The position numbers and the translations under genes were made by a program. Below are positions 17,021 to 26,842 of a DNA stretch of 55,916 bases, piece by piece. Source of the stretch: an uncultured Candidatus Bathyarchaeia archaeon (GTDB taxonomy: Archaea > Thermoproteota > Bathyarchaeia > 40CM-2-53-6 > CAYOZM01). The notes under the pieces are model-generated. The model was not told where the DNA came from, ran no database searches, and saw only the letters and a list, made by a program, of their open reading frames with translations. Each line of letters starts with the position of its first letter. The first letter of the stretch is position 1. The stretch covers positions 1 through 55,916 of the forward strand of contig CAYOZM010000001.1 of NCBI GenBank assembly GCA_964408475.1. Direction: 5' to 3'.

Positions 17021-17857
17021 ATGACGGTAGAGCCTTTGAGCACATCGAGAATTTCCTACGACATAATCGGAGACATCGCGATCATTAAACCGATACCGGG
17101 ATTTCAAGCGAACATGATCGAGCTTGCTGGGAAGATTATTGCAGCTAATAAGCACGTGAGAACCGTCCTCAGACAGGTTACTCCAGTCTCCGGGGAATAC
17201 AGAACTCGAGCTCTAGACTGGATTCTAGGCGAAAAGAAAACTGAAACTGTTCATCGAGAGCACGGATGCTGGTTCAAAGTGGACGTAGCTAGAGTATACT
17301 TCTCCCCCCGCCTTATCTACGAGCGGATTCGAGTAGCGAAGAAAGTTAATCCGGGCGAGACGGTGATCAACATGTTCGCAGGGGCCGGATGCTTCTCTAT
17401 AATAATCGCGAAACACAGTCGAGCATCCAAAGTATTCTCCATAGACATCAATCCTGAAGCAGCTAGGTATACGTTTGAGAATGTCTATTTGAACAAAGTT
17501 GAAGGACGAGTCTCGACAATTCTGGGCGATTCAAAAGCGATAGTAGAGCTTCATCTGCGAGAAAGAGCCGATAGAGTATTGATGCCCTTGCCAAATATGG
17601 CCATCACATATCTGGACGCCGCAATCGCAGCGCTGAAATCAAAGCAAGGGGACCTCCACATTTATGATTTCGTGCACGCGAAAAAGGGCGAGAGCCCCCT
17701 CCAAGAGACGCTGGATAAAATTGGATTAAAGCTCAGACAGTTTGAACTGAACGTAATTAGGAAGGATGCGAGAATCGTTCGAACGATTGGTCCTAATTGG
17801 TACCAGACCGTCGTGGACCTTACGCTAGAGAAGGCGTCGAGGACGAACGTGTGCTGA
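17021..17857 (+). CDS. trm5: tRNA (guanine37-N1)-methyltransferase Trm5/Taw22 family (Met-10+ like)
   Basis: YDIIGDIAIIK, FSPRL, and the SAM motif VINMFAGAGCFSIIIAK, then SIDINP. Confidence 0.8.
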   Translation: MTVEPLSTSRISYDIIGDIAIIKPIPGFQANMIELAGKIIAANKHVRTVLRQVTPVSGEYRTRALDWILGEKKTETVHREHGCWFKVDVARVYFSPRLIYERIRVAKKVNPGETVINMFAGAGCFSIIIAKHSRASKVFSIDINPEAARYTFENVYLNKVEGRVSTILGDSKAIVELHLRERADRVLMPLPNMAITYLDAAIAALKSKQGDLHIYDFVHAKKGESPLQETLDKIGLKLRQFELNVIRKDARIVRTIGPNWYQTVVDLTLEKASRTNVC

Positions 17858-18036
17858 GCCGAAAAGCAGGCTCCGTAGATCTTTGCAAAATCAAATTATT
17901 AGCCTATGCCTTGCTTCGAGGCACCTTCCAAGAGATAGTTAATTCTCCAAGCAGAGTGGCGCCTTGTTCTGCTCACGGTGAAAACTGCACCAGAGAATAT
18001 GCTCGTTGCGATGATTCGACATCTGAAATTGATCGG

Positions 18037-18261
18037 TTACTGAACAACCTCGCCACTTGCAAACCTGTTGCCTATCCGTGTGATCTTTATCTTCACATGA
18101 TCTCCAGGCTTGGTATTTGGCACAAATATGACGAAGCCTTGTATTCTTGCTATGCCTTCCCCTCTACGACTGGTCTCTCTAATATCGACTTCATATTCTT
18201 TTCCTTCCTCAACAGGCTTCGAGAACGATCTGCCGCCGAATCTTCTTCTCTCAAAACTCAA
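18037..18261 (-). CDS. TRAM domain protein
   Basis: KPVEEGKEYEVDIRETSRRGEGIARIQGFVIFVPNTKPGDHVKIKITRIGNRFASGEVV is the stand-alone archaeal TRAM pattern. Confidence 0.8.
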   Translation of the reverse strand: MSFERRRFGGRSFSKPVEEGKEYEVDIRETSRRGEGIARIQGFVIFVPNTKPGDHVKIKITRIGNRFASGEVVQ

Positions 18262-18293
18262 AGCTTTCTCACCTCACCTACTTCCTTTCGAAA

Positions 18294-18587
18294 TCACTTA
18301 ACAACGGTCAGCCTGCCGTTTCGTCCGACGTTGAGCTGAGCCTCGCCACGGAACGACGAAACATAACCGTTCTCAATCTTAACGACATCATTTACAGAGA
18401 CTTCATCGATCTGAGTGTTCCACAGAACGAACTTTATCTTCCCAGAGTCGTCAGCGATGATTGCGTTAGCAACTCGATGAACATTAGTGGTCCATCTCGA
18501 AAGAACTTCCCTTGTTGCTGACTTTTCAACAACCTTCCCGCTAACGGTGACCTGCTTCATGCCGACCTTCAAGTCACTGATTCTCAA
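18294..18587 (-). CDS. Single OB-fold nucleic-acid-binding protein (RPA/SSB-like)
   Basis: A 97-aa OB pattern (VTVSGKVVEKS...ADDSGKIKFVLWN...VVKIENGYVSSFRGEAQLNVG). TTG start. Confidence 0.6.
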   Translation of the reverse strand: MRISDLKVGMKQVTVSGKVVEKSATREVLSRWTTNVHRVANAIIADDSGKIKFVLWNTQIDEVSVNDVVKIENGYVSSFRGEAQLNVGRNGRLTVVK

Positions 18588-19038
18588 AAGAAAAACCTCT
18601 CAATTAGCAACACTTGGCTAGCCACGACTTTTTCAAAGAACATCGCAAGACACGCGATCTCCCGAAGGCGTTTGCTATGTTAATGAGAATAGATCTGCAA
18701 AAAAACAAGGCATCGATTATGTGTCTCCTCCGTAACTCGTCGAACACGAAAAATAGCGCCAACATCATGTTGGACTACTGACTCACTTCCCTGCAAGCTG
18801 ACTTGACCTTTAAGACCAAGCACGTTGGATATAAAGATTGTCAATAGAATTGGCCAATTTCAAAAATGAAACTTCCCAATCTGATCTAGATTCGGACAAG
18901 AATACTGAAACTGATATGGAAAACTTTAATATTTCTTACCCGATTCAAAGAGCAAGTTATTGTAAACTCGCAAGGGAGAGAGGATAAGCGCTCACAGATA
19001 TTATCGCACTCGCGCCTATTACAGGCGTCCTAGCTTTA

Positions 19039-20973
19039 GTGTTTGTAGCATATCTAGCCTTCCGTATCGCTAGGCAGGATTCAGGAACAGAAAGGATGAA
19101 GGAGATAGCCGAAGCGATAAGAGAAGGTGCGATGGCATATCTCTCCCGCCAGTACCGTACCTTGGCTGTCTGTGTAATCGCTGTTGCAGTTATACTAGCA
19201 TTAGCGCTGGATTATCGGATTTCTACAGCCTATATTGCAGGATCGGTCTGCTCGGTCCTAGCGGGGTTTATAGGAATGAGAGTGGCAGTTCTTGCGAACG
19301 TACGGACAGCTAACGCAGCTCGGAAGGGCCTCAGCAAAGCTCTATCTCTGGCCTTCAAGGGTGGAGCTGTAATGGGCATGTCAGTCGTAGGTCTAGGCCT
19401 CTTGGGATTGAGCGCCTTCTACTATCTATACGGAGACCCAAATCTGATCTTGGGCTTCAGCTTCGGAGCAAGCTCAATAGCACTATTTGCCAGGGTAGGG
19501 GGAGGAATATACACAAAAACAGCGGACGTAGGCGCTGATCTTGTAGGAAAGATCGAAGCCGGCATACCTGAAGATGATCCTAGAAATCCAGCAGTCATTG
19601 CAGACAATGTCGGAGACAATGTCGGAGATGTAGCCGGCATGGGCGCCGACCTTTTCGAGTCATACGTAAGTAGCATAATAGCCACAATGATCATTGGAGC
19701 AACAGTCTACGGAACCAAGGGAGTGATACTCCCTCTTCTAGTGGCTTCTACAGGAGTCTTGGCTTCTATAGCAGCGACCTTCTCGGTCAGAACGAGAGAA
19801 GGGGCGGACCCGAGTTTCGCTTTGAATAGAGGAACCTTCTCGGCATGCGCCCTCGTGATAGCAGCCGCATACCTAATGACACAATACATCATGGGATCCG
19901 ATTTGGGTCAAGGCATTTTCTACGCGACTCTATCAGGGCTGATCGCAGGTGTCATAGTGGGGTTAACCTCTGACTACTATACATCGGGGAGCAGAAACCC
20001 AACTCAATCGATTGCGAAAGCAGCTGGAACTGGAGCCGCCACGAACGTGATGACAGGATTCTCCTATGGCATGATAAGTACTGTTGTCCCAGTGGTTGGG
20101 ATTTCGTTAGCAACTTTGACCGCATGGTACTTCGCGGGTATCTACGGTATCGCTATGTCAGCGGTAGGCATGCTCTCAATAACAGGCATGGTAGTTGCGG
20201 CGGACTCGTACGGTCCGATAGTTGATAATGCCGGCGGTATAGTGGAGCAGAGCGGACTTGGTGCAGAGGTGCGAAAGATAACCGATGCTCTCGATTCGGT
20301 GGGAAACACAACTAAAGCTATATGCAAAGGATTTGCAATAGGTTCAGCAGCCCTAACGGCAATCGCACTCTTCTCAGCGTATTCACAGGTTACTGGAATA
20401 AAGACGCTCGATGTTCTCAACCCCTATGTAACAGTAGGATTGCTGATAGGCGCAGCTATCCCAGCACTCTTCTGCGGTTTGGCAATACTTGCTGTCGGAA
20501 AGAATGCTTTTAGAATGGTTGAGGAGGTACGGAGACAATTCAAAGAGATTCCTGGGCTTATGGAAGGTAAGGCCCGTCCAGACTATTCTCGATGCGTCGA
20601 CATAAGCACGAAAGGCGCGCTCAGAGAGTTGATTGCTCCTGGACTATCGGCTGTAATAGCTCCTCTCGTAATAGGCTTCATCTTTGGGAGGTACGCTCTC
20701 GGAGGATTGCTCGCCGGGAGTATAGTAACTGGCTTGATCTTGGCGCTTTTGATGGCGAACGCTGGCGGAGCATGGGATAACGCAAAGAAGTATATTGAAG
20801 CTGGAAACCTGGGCGGGAAAGGCACGGCTACACATGCGGCAGCCGTCGTAGGCGATACGGTTGGAGATCCCTTCAAGGACACAGCCGGGCCTTCGCTCAA
20901 CATCTTGATCAAGTTAATGTCGATCGTCGCGTTGGTCTTCGCACCATTATTCGTAATGTACGCTCTTGCTTGA
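19039..20973 (+). CDS. hppA: Membrane-bound H+-translocating pyrophosphatase, K+-independent type
   Basis: [27 protein letters not shown] and [10 protein letters not shown] motifs. GNTTKA (Lys rather than Ala) is the K+-independent signature. The first canonical start is GTG 19039, but a TM1-like sequence ([17 protein letters not shown]) is encoded in frame upstream (see findings). Confidence 0.93.
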   Translation: MFVAYLAFRIARQDSGTERMKEIAEAIREGAMAYLSRQYRTLAVCVIAVAVILALALDYRISTAYIAGSVCSVLAGFIGMRVAVLANVRTANAARKGLSKALSLAFKGGAVMGMSVVGLGLLGLSAFYYLYGDPNLILGFSFGASSIALFARVGGGIYTKTADVGADLVGKIEAGIPEDDPRNPAVIADNVGDNVGDVAGMGADLFESYVSSIIATMIIGATVYGTKGVILPLLVASTGVLASIAATFSVRTREGADPSFALNRGTFSACALVIAAAYLMTQYIMGSDLGQGIFYATLSGLIAGVIVGLTSDYYTSGSRNPTQSIAKAAGTGAATNVMTGFSYGMISTVVPVVGISLATLTAWYFAGIYGIAMSAVGMLSITGMVVAADSYGPIVDNAGGIVEQSGLGAEVRKITDALDSVGNTTKAICKGFAIGSAALTAIALFSAYSQVTGIKTLDVLNPYVTVGLLIGAAIPALFCGLAILAVGKNAFRMVEEVRRQFKEIPGLMEGKARPDYSRCVDISTKGALRELIAPGLSAVIAPLVIGFIFGRYALGGLLAGSIVTGLILALLMANAGGAWDNAKKYIEAGNLGGKGTATHAAAVVGDTVGDPFKDTAGPSLNILIKLMSIVALVFAPLFVMYALA

Positions 20974-21068
20974 ATAGCAGACGATACGCGCCATTTCCTA
21001 TTTCTCGCCATTTTAGCAAGTCTAATTAACATTCGCAATCTCAAGAGCAATTGGAGACCGGTTCGTAA

Positions 21069-21842
21069 ATGGTTAGAAGTATCAGTATTCACGCATTGGA
21101 AACTTTTCCACTTGTGAAATGCGGCGACAGCTTGGCGGATATCATTGTACAAGCGGCTGAAAGAGAAGGCCTTCCGATAAAGAGTGGAGACGTAGTCGTG
21201 ATATCTCAAAAGATCGTATCTAAGGCGGAGAGGAGAGTAGTAAAGCTGAGTGAAGTGAAGGTTTCCAGCAGAGCGCGTGAACTAGCGTCCATTACCAAAA
21301 AGGACCCCAGACTCGTAGAGTTAATCTTACATACCTCACGTAGAATTGTCAAGGCAAGTCGTCAAGTCTTGATTGCGGAGACGAAGCAAGGTCAAGTATG
21401 TCTCTCAGCAGGAATAGACAAATCGAATGTTGAAGGCCCAGATTCCTATGCCCTTCTTCCCGAGAATCCGGATAAATCCGCCACTAGGCTAAAACGAAGA
21501 ATAGAACAGTTAATAGGCGGGCGAATTGCCGTCGTCATCTCCGACACTTATAGTCGCCCTTTCAGACGCGGGCAAGTTGACTTCGCCATCGGTTTCTCTG
21601 GAATCGCCCCGATAACTGACTACAGGGGCAAACCTGACCTCTTCGGTTATAGGCTTAGGTTCAAATATGTCGCAGTCGTTGATGAGCTCGCTTCAGCTGC
21701 TGAGCTCGTGAAAGGACAGGGCGCCGAAAGAGCTCCAGTCGTGATTATCAAGGGTCTTCGAGGAATAAGGCTCCGAGAAGGCTACACATCCAGAGGTTTG
21801 AAAATTTCTCGAAGAGAAGATGTCTTCAAAGGCGCTCTGTAA
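21069..21842 (+). CDS. cofE: Coenzyme F420-0:L-glutamate ligase
   Basis: [13 protein letters not shown]...[17 protein letters not shown] and the later GIDKSNV and [18 protein letters not shown] motifs. Confidence 0.88.
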   Translation: MVRSISIHALETFPLVKCGDSLADIIVQAAEREGLPIKSGDVVVISQKIVSKAERRVVKLSEVKVSSRARELASITKKDPRLVELILHTSRRIVKASRQVLIAETKQGQVCLSAGIDKSNVEGPDSYALLPENPDKSATRLKRRIEQLIGGRIAVVISDTYSRPFRRGQVDFAIGFSGIAPITDYRGKPDLFGYRLRFKYVAVVDELASAAELVKGQGAERAPVVIIKGLRGIRLREGYTSRGLKISRREDVFKGAL

Positions 21843-21933
21843 CGATAACACTCACTCGCTCCGAATCAACTATTCTATACTTCACGAAAGAAACATACGT
21901 TGTGACTTGGCAATATCTTACCAAAAAGCAATC

Positions 21934-22320
21934 TTATTGAAGATTACCTCCTTTGCAATCTACCTTACCTTTCACCCTACGAAGAAAATTATCACAAGTG
22001 AAACAAAGAATGAAGGACATAGCAGTATTCTTAACTGGGCAGTCAACACTTTCCTTCTTCATTCGTGCAAGCATCTTTCCGCTGGCTACACCTTTGAGGG
22101 CTTGAACGCCTTCCTTGGGAACGGGCAAAGCTTTCGAAAGAGTTTTAACATCAACAACAAAACGTGCAACTTCTTCGCTCAATGCAACGTGCCCCTGAAA
22201 TCGATTCCTCAAACAAATCCTTTCTGAGCTAATAGAACTTATTGACTTTTTGACGCATTTTCTCGTTGCACTCTTACTGATAATTTGATTCGTACGGCTA
22301 AGGATTTGCTCGTTCTTCAT
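21934..22320 (-). CDS. Hypothetical protein
   Basis: A 128-aa ORF in an AT-richer patch with no recognisable motif. A 28-aa upstream ORF (22317..22403) overlaps its start by ATGA. Confidence 0.35.
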   Translation of the reverse strand: MKNEQILSRTNQIISKSATRKCVKKSISSISSERICLRNRFQGHVALSEEVARFVVDVKTLSKALPVPKEGVQALKGVASGKMLARMKKESVDCPVKNTAMSFILCFTCDNFLRRVKGKVDCKGGNLQ

Positions 22321-22647
22321 CTCTTATGATAAAGTATCAGCCCGAATTGCCAAGCCAAGAAGTCCATAGGAGGCGTTCTCCTTCCTTTTACGTCTTTCGG
22401 CATATCTTACTCTTGACGAACTCTCTAGAACTCAGATCAGATTTTTGGCAGGATCGGACCCGCCTTTGACACAGCTCCGCGAGCCAAAACGGGAGAACAT
22501 TTCTACCTTAGCGTACCACAAATGCGACGGAGACCCTCGGCAGCGCTATCCCTAGTTGTACTCACCCAGATGGGACATAATTAGCCTTAAATACGATGGT
22601 AGTGAATTAAGGCTTGGACAAACTCTAAGGAGTTTAAGAAATTCAGA

Positions 22648-22956
22648 ATGGCGGAAGTCTGTTCGACCTGTGGCCTTCCTAAGGATCTTTGTGTCTGCGG
22701 CACTATAAGCATGGAGCAACAGTTGGTCAAAGTTCGTCTTGAGACGAGGAAATGGGGCAAAGCCGTAACGGTTATCGAGGGTTTAGATGCCAAGAGCGTC
22801 GACTTGTCTGATTTGGCTGGCAAGTTGAAGAGTTCTTGCGCCTGCGGTGGTACAGCGAAGAATGACACGATTATGCTTCAAGGCGATCATCGAGACAAGG
22901 TCAAGAAACTGCTCGTTCAATATGGCTTCCCGGAATCCAGCATTGAAGTCCACTGA
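22648..22956 (+). CDS. sui1: Translation initiation factor aIF1/SUI1
   Basis: N-terminal CSTCGLPKDLCVCG zinc knuckle, then the SUI1 core VKVRLETRKWGKAVTVIEGLD...LKSSCACGGT...IMLQGDHRDKV. Confidence 0.9.
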   Translation: MAEVCSTCGLPKDLCVCGTISMEQQLVKVRLETRKWGKAVTVIEGLDAKSVDLSDLAGKLKSSCACGGTAKNDTIMLQGDHRDKVKKLLVQYGFPESSIEVH

Positions 22957-22991
22957 CCCTGTTATGAAATGCGAAGAGCCTAGGTGAGGAT

Positions 22992-23183
22992 ATGGGATCA
23001 ATCATCGAGACACTTTCGAGCCTCAAGAAAGGAACTCGAACTCAGAAGGTGTGCCCAAGATGCGGCAGCACGAACGTTGCAAAGTCGGGGCCATTCGACG
23101 GATGGCTCTTCCCGATTCGATACGTATGTAAAGACTGCGATTATAGTGGCATACTAATCCTCGAAGTCGAAAGGAAGCCGTAG
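22992..23183 (+). CDS. Small zinc-ribbon protein (hypothetical)
   Basis: CPRCGSTN ... CKDCDYSG, 63 aa. Confidence 0.5.
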   Translation: MGSIIETLSSLKKGTRTQKVCPRCGSTNVAKSGPFDGWLFPIRYVCKDCDYSGILILEVERKP

Positions 23184-23295
23184 CCAAATTTCGAACCCCA
23201 AGAACTAGCGTCCGATTAACAACTCGAAGGCCCTGTCAAAGAACTTATGCTTCTATACTTCCATACTCTTGATCTACGTTGGAGGAAGTACTCGC

Positions 23296-24354
23296 ATGAC
23301 TCCGAAGGAGAGAGCTCTCGCGGCTTTGCATCTCGAAGAGTCCGATAGAGTACCGATCTTCGAGGCTTGGACCTCGCGGCTGGTCGTCGAGCGCCTACTC
23401 GGACGGGAATACCGGAATGTGCGAGATTTCATTGATTTCTGCAAGAAGCTGCAGTTAGACTTTGTCGAGGTACCGAATGGAACTCCTCGAAACTTTAAGT
23501 CGACATACCTACGAGAGAATGTCTACGTAGATGAATTCGGCAGAATCTTTGAGTTCAAGGGCGATACAAAGACCGATTGGTACAAGGGACCTTGGTTTAA
23601 AGACATTGAGTCATACCTCGATTTCGAGTATCCAGATCCTCTGGCGACAGGTCGGCTGGATAATATTGAGATCGCGGTGAGAGAAGCAGGTGAACAGTAC
23701 GCAGTAGCAGGAGAGATCGATTGGGGAATCTTTGAAAGATCTTGGACTCCGGTTGGAATGGAAAGTTTTCTCAAAGCCGTTTACACTCAACGATCTGCCG
23801 TTAGGAAGATCATAGATAGATCACTGAAGTTCAACCTTGAACTTGCTAAATCGATCATCGATGCGGGCGTCGACGTTGTGCTTTCAGGGGACGACTTAGC
23901 AGACAATCACGGGCCATTTGTGGGTCTTACAGTATTTAGAGATCTCTTTTTTGAACCGTTGAAGAGTCTAGTTCAGTCCGTTAAGAAACGAGGCGTCCCG
24001 TTCATTCTTCACACAGACGGAAACATCTATCCAATTTTGAGTTTTCTTATCGATGCTGGCATAGATGCGCTTCATCCTCTGCAGCCTCAAGTGATAGATA
24101 TATGGAAATTCAAGGATGCTTATGGGAATAGGATCTGCCTTATGGGCAATGTTGACATTTCTACCGTGCTCCCTTTCGGAAACTCCCAGGATGTCGCAGA
24201 GGCCGTAAGAGTCTGCATCGATGCGGCTGGAGCCGGAGGCGGATATATCCTATCTTCAAGCAACTCGCTTCATGAAGGAATACCGTTAAACAACATAATC
24301 TCTATGGTGGAGGCCGCGAAGAAGTTCGGCCGACACCCCATCAGCGGGAGTTAA
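23296..24354 (+). CDS. Uroporphyrinogen-decarboxylase-family protein (MtaA/CmuA-like methylcobamide methyltransferase family)
   Basis: URO-D-fold pattern: MTPKERALAAL...DRVP at the N-terminus, ILHTDGN, ALHPLQP, GGGYILSSSNSL. ATG at 23296 follows GGAGGAAG. The ORF track extends to TTG 23269. Confidence 0.8.
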   Translation: MTPKERALAALHLEESDRVPIFEAWTSRLVVERLLGREYRNVRDFIDFCKKLQLDFVEVPNGTPRNFKSTYLRENVYVDEFGRIFEFKGDTKTDWYKGPWFKDIESYLDFEYPDPLATGRLDNIEIAVREAGEQYAVAGEIDWGIFERSWTPVGMESFLKAVYTQRSAVRKIIDRSLKFNLELAKSIIDAGVDVVLSGDDLADNHGPFVGLTVFRDLFFEPLKSLVQSVKKRGVPFILHTDGNIYPILSFLIDAGIDALHPLQPQVIDIWKFKDAYGNRICLMGNVDISTVLPFGNSQDVAEAVRVCIDAAGAGGGYILSSSNSLHEGIPLNNIISMVEAAKKFGRHPISGS

Positions 24355-24408
24355 CTTCCGCTTCCTTTTGTCCACATAAAAGGGAAAGAAGTAGAACTCA
24401 AAACAAGA

Positions 24409-26247
24409 TTACGCGGAAGGACTCAGTTCTATGCATGTTTGAAGTTCGGAAGCGACATGGCCTAGACCAAGATTTTCCAACGTTGCCTTCGACGGTACGC
24501 CGCGAGCGTCCCATCCTCGCTTCTTGTAGTACAGATCCAGTAATGAGTTGTATTTCTGTAAGTCTAGCTTAGAGCCTTTGTAACGTCCCATCGTCAAAGG
24601 TTCCTCGAACCACCTCGGCGGAGGCGTATCCATTCTTCGGCTCCAGTTCGACCCATACTCTCGAACCCAGAAAGCTCTAATCAACGAATAGATTCTATCG
24701 CTCACCTTGAAGAGATCGTCTAAGCTGATCGACATACCCGTGGACGCCTTTAAGAACTTCGGATACCAGTCGAGTTCAAACCCCAACTCTATCCATGGGA
24801 ACCTGCACACCACTAAGCTCTCGAACATTCCCCCTCTGATCCTCTGAAACTCGATGACCTTATCGACCTTCTCCGGAACGTACCCCTCACGCCCGAAACT
24901 CGCCTCCCACGAGATTACCCAAGCATCCTTGTGGTGAGCGCCTATCGGCGATGTGCCAAAGGCCAAAGCCATTCCCGGCATTGAGTGACATTCATACGCT
25001 GATATCTCAAGACCTTTGATATTCATAGCCCATTTCCAAGAGTCCCCTACCAAGCGTTCAGCAGCTATCTTCGTTCCTCGACCAAGCAGTTCTCCCAATC
25101 CCCGTCTGTAAGCTACATCTTCGACGATCGCTTTACTAGCTTGAAAATCGCCCCACTCCAATTTCTCCTTTACCAATCCTCTCTCTGAAGCCTCCATCGC
25201 GAATCCTATGGCGTTCCCAAGCGAAATCGTATCCAGTCCGTATTCATCAGCCATCCTATTCAACACCGAAACTTGCTTTAAGTCGGGCAACCCAATATTC
25301 GAACCTAGCATAGCCACGTTCTCGTAGTCCAGCTCAGACGGCGATTCCTCTGCATCGCAAATAACATTCCCGCACATCATGTTACAGTCTGGACACCCTC
25401 TTTGCGAAGTCTTCTGCTTCTCCATCGTTGCACCGCCTATTTCGTCAGCATGATCGAAGACTCCCTCTTTGAAATTGAAACTCGGTAAGACGCTGTTCTG
25501 CTGGCTCCACTCAATCGTTGACATCGTACCCTGCCTTCTCCAAAAAGAATAGTTGGGCTTCTTCAAGATCTCCCTGAAACTCTCCGCACGAAGGCGTTTC
25601 ACCTCTTCCCCGTCTGCCACCGGTATATCACGGTCTCCCTTCAGAACAACGGCCTTAATTCTCTTTGAGCCCATCACAGCTCCCATCCCTGGTCTGCCCC
25701 CAGATCGTCCTTCCTGAGAAACGACCGTCGAATAGCTCACAAGATTCTCCCCAGCTGGACCGATGCTCAAGATCCCCACGTTTCTACCGTGACGCTCTCG
25801 AAGCTTCCTCTCCGTTTCAAAAGTTCCGATTCCCCACAGATCTTCTGCGTCAAGTATCTCGACTACTTCATTATTGATTGAGATGTAGCTCGGCTTCTTC
25901 GCCGCGCCTGATATGACAACAGCATCAAAACCTGCTTTTCTCAAGTGAACAGCGGCCAAAGAACCGAGATTACCATCCCCGTAGCCTCCGGTTAATGGAC
26001 TCTTCGCAGCCACAACTAGTTTACCGCTACTTGGAAAACCTAGACCAGTTAAAGGTCCAACTGCAAAGATTAGTGGACACTCTGGGGATAGAGCGTTCAC
26101 GCCACGATCCGTCTCGTCCCATAGAATCTTGGCGGCCAAACCTCTACCGCCCAAGTAGGCTAATGCCGTCTCAGCATCATACGCTTGAAATTCCGCTTTC
26201 GCCTTTCGCAAGTCGAGCCTAAGTATTCTACCATTCCACCCCTTCAA
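24409..26247 (-). CDS. aor: Aldehyde:ferredoxin oxidoreductase family (tungstopterin) enzyme
   Basis: N-terminus GWNGRILRLDL, GGRGLAAKILWDE, and SGGRPGMGAVMGSKRIKAVV. Length and C-terminal domain are typical of AOR. TTG start 6 nt after GGAGGA. Confidence 0.93.
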   Translation of the reverse strand: MKGWNGRILRLDLRKAKAEFQAYDAETALAYLGGRGLAAKILWDETDRGVNALSPECPLIFAVGPLTGLGFPSSGKLVVAAKSPLTGGYGDGNLGSLAAVHLRKAGFDAVVISGAAKKPSYISINNEVVEILDAEDLWGIGTFETERKLRERHGRNVGILSIGPAGENLVSYSTVVSQEGRSGGRPGMGAVMGSKRIKAVVLKGDRDIPVADGEEVKRLRAESFREILKKPNYSFWRRQGTMSTIEWSQQNSVLPSFNFKEGVFDHADEIGGATMEKQKTSQRGCPDCNMMCGNVICDAEESPSELDYENVAMLGSNIGLPDLKQVSVLNRMADEYGLDTISLGNAIGFAMEASERGLVKEKLEWGDFQASKAIVEDVAYRRGLGELLGRGTKIAAERLVGDSWKWAMNIKGLEISAYECHSMPGMALAFGTSPIGAHHKDAWVISWEASFGREGYVPEKVDKVIEFQRIRGGMFESLVVCRFPWIELGFELDWYPKFLKASTGMSISLDDLFKVSDRIYSLIRAFWVREYGSNWSRRMDTPPPRWFEEPLTMGRYKGSKLDLQKYNSLLDLYYKKRGWDARGVPSKATLENLGLGHVASELQTCIELSPSA

Positions 26248-26842
26248 TATCGATCCTCCGAATCTACACTACACACGAAGGAAAGCTTTTTAGATTTGTC
26301 ATCCAACTCTAACGCGGAATGTTCAACCAGTTCCTCTACGACGGCTGAAACGCTCTTGACTATGTCTTCTTATAATACCTGCAAGAGGCTCTCCTTTCAA
26401 AACATCTCGTGTTACAATCTACCCCGAGCAAACATCGTCGGCCCGGCGGTCGCTTCGCGCATTCAGAAGAATCGCAAAACCGGGCTTGATTCATTCTTCC
26501 TAAACAACCAAAACAAATTCTAGTGTAAAGTCGTTCCATCTCTGCCTCTCTAAAGCCTTCAGGCTCCCAAGGGGCGCTCGTTCTTCCACCTCCACTAACT
26601 GATTGCGAGAAACAATCTTAAGTTGATATCGTTCAATCACATGAACACGAGTTGTCGCTACCCGTGGTCAAGTATACTTTCGAACACCTTGCCGAGTTGA
26701 CTAACAGCAAGGGATCGATGAAAAATGGATGTGTCAAACGCCAGAGTTGCCACTATTGCTCTACAAACTCGTATAAAAAACAGGTTACACAGAAACTGAA
26801 GAGGCACTCGCTAGGACGACAGTCACGAAACGTTGTTTGCTC

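Noticed and set aside
18916-18987. In-frame ATG 23 codons upstream of the PPase frame, ending at TAA 18985 (stop-codon read-through idea)
   Set aside because: The encoded peptide (MENFNISYPIQRASYCKLARERG) is not PPase-like. Sharing the frame has a one-in-three chance. Nothing supports read-through.
20583-21209. 208-aa minus-strand ORF
   Set aside because: It is antisense to the PPase C-terminus and the CofE N-terminus, and it has no motif.
22321-22647. Identification of this gap as SRP (7S) RNA or RNase P RNA
   Set aside because: I could not find the helix-8 GNAR/AGCA motifs, the CR-I/CR-IV pairing or 5'/3' terminal complementarity of the expected length. It is kept only as an unassigned candidate in the findings.
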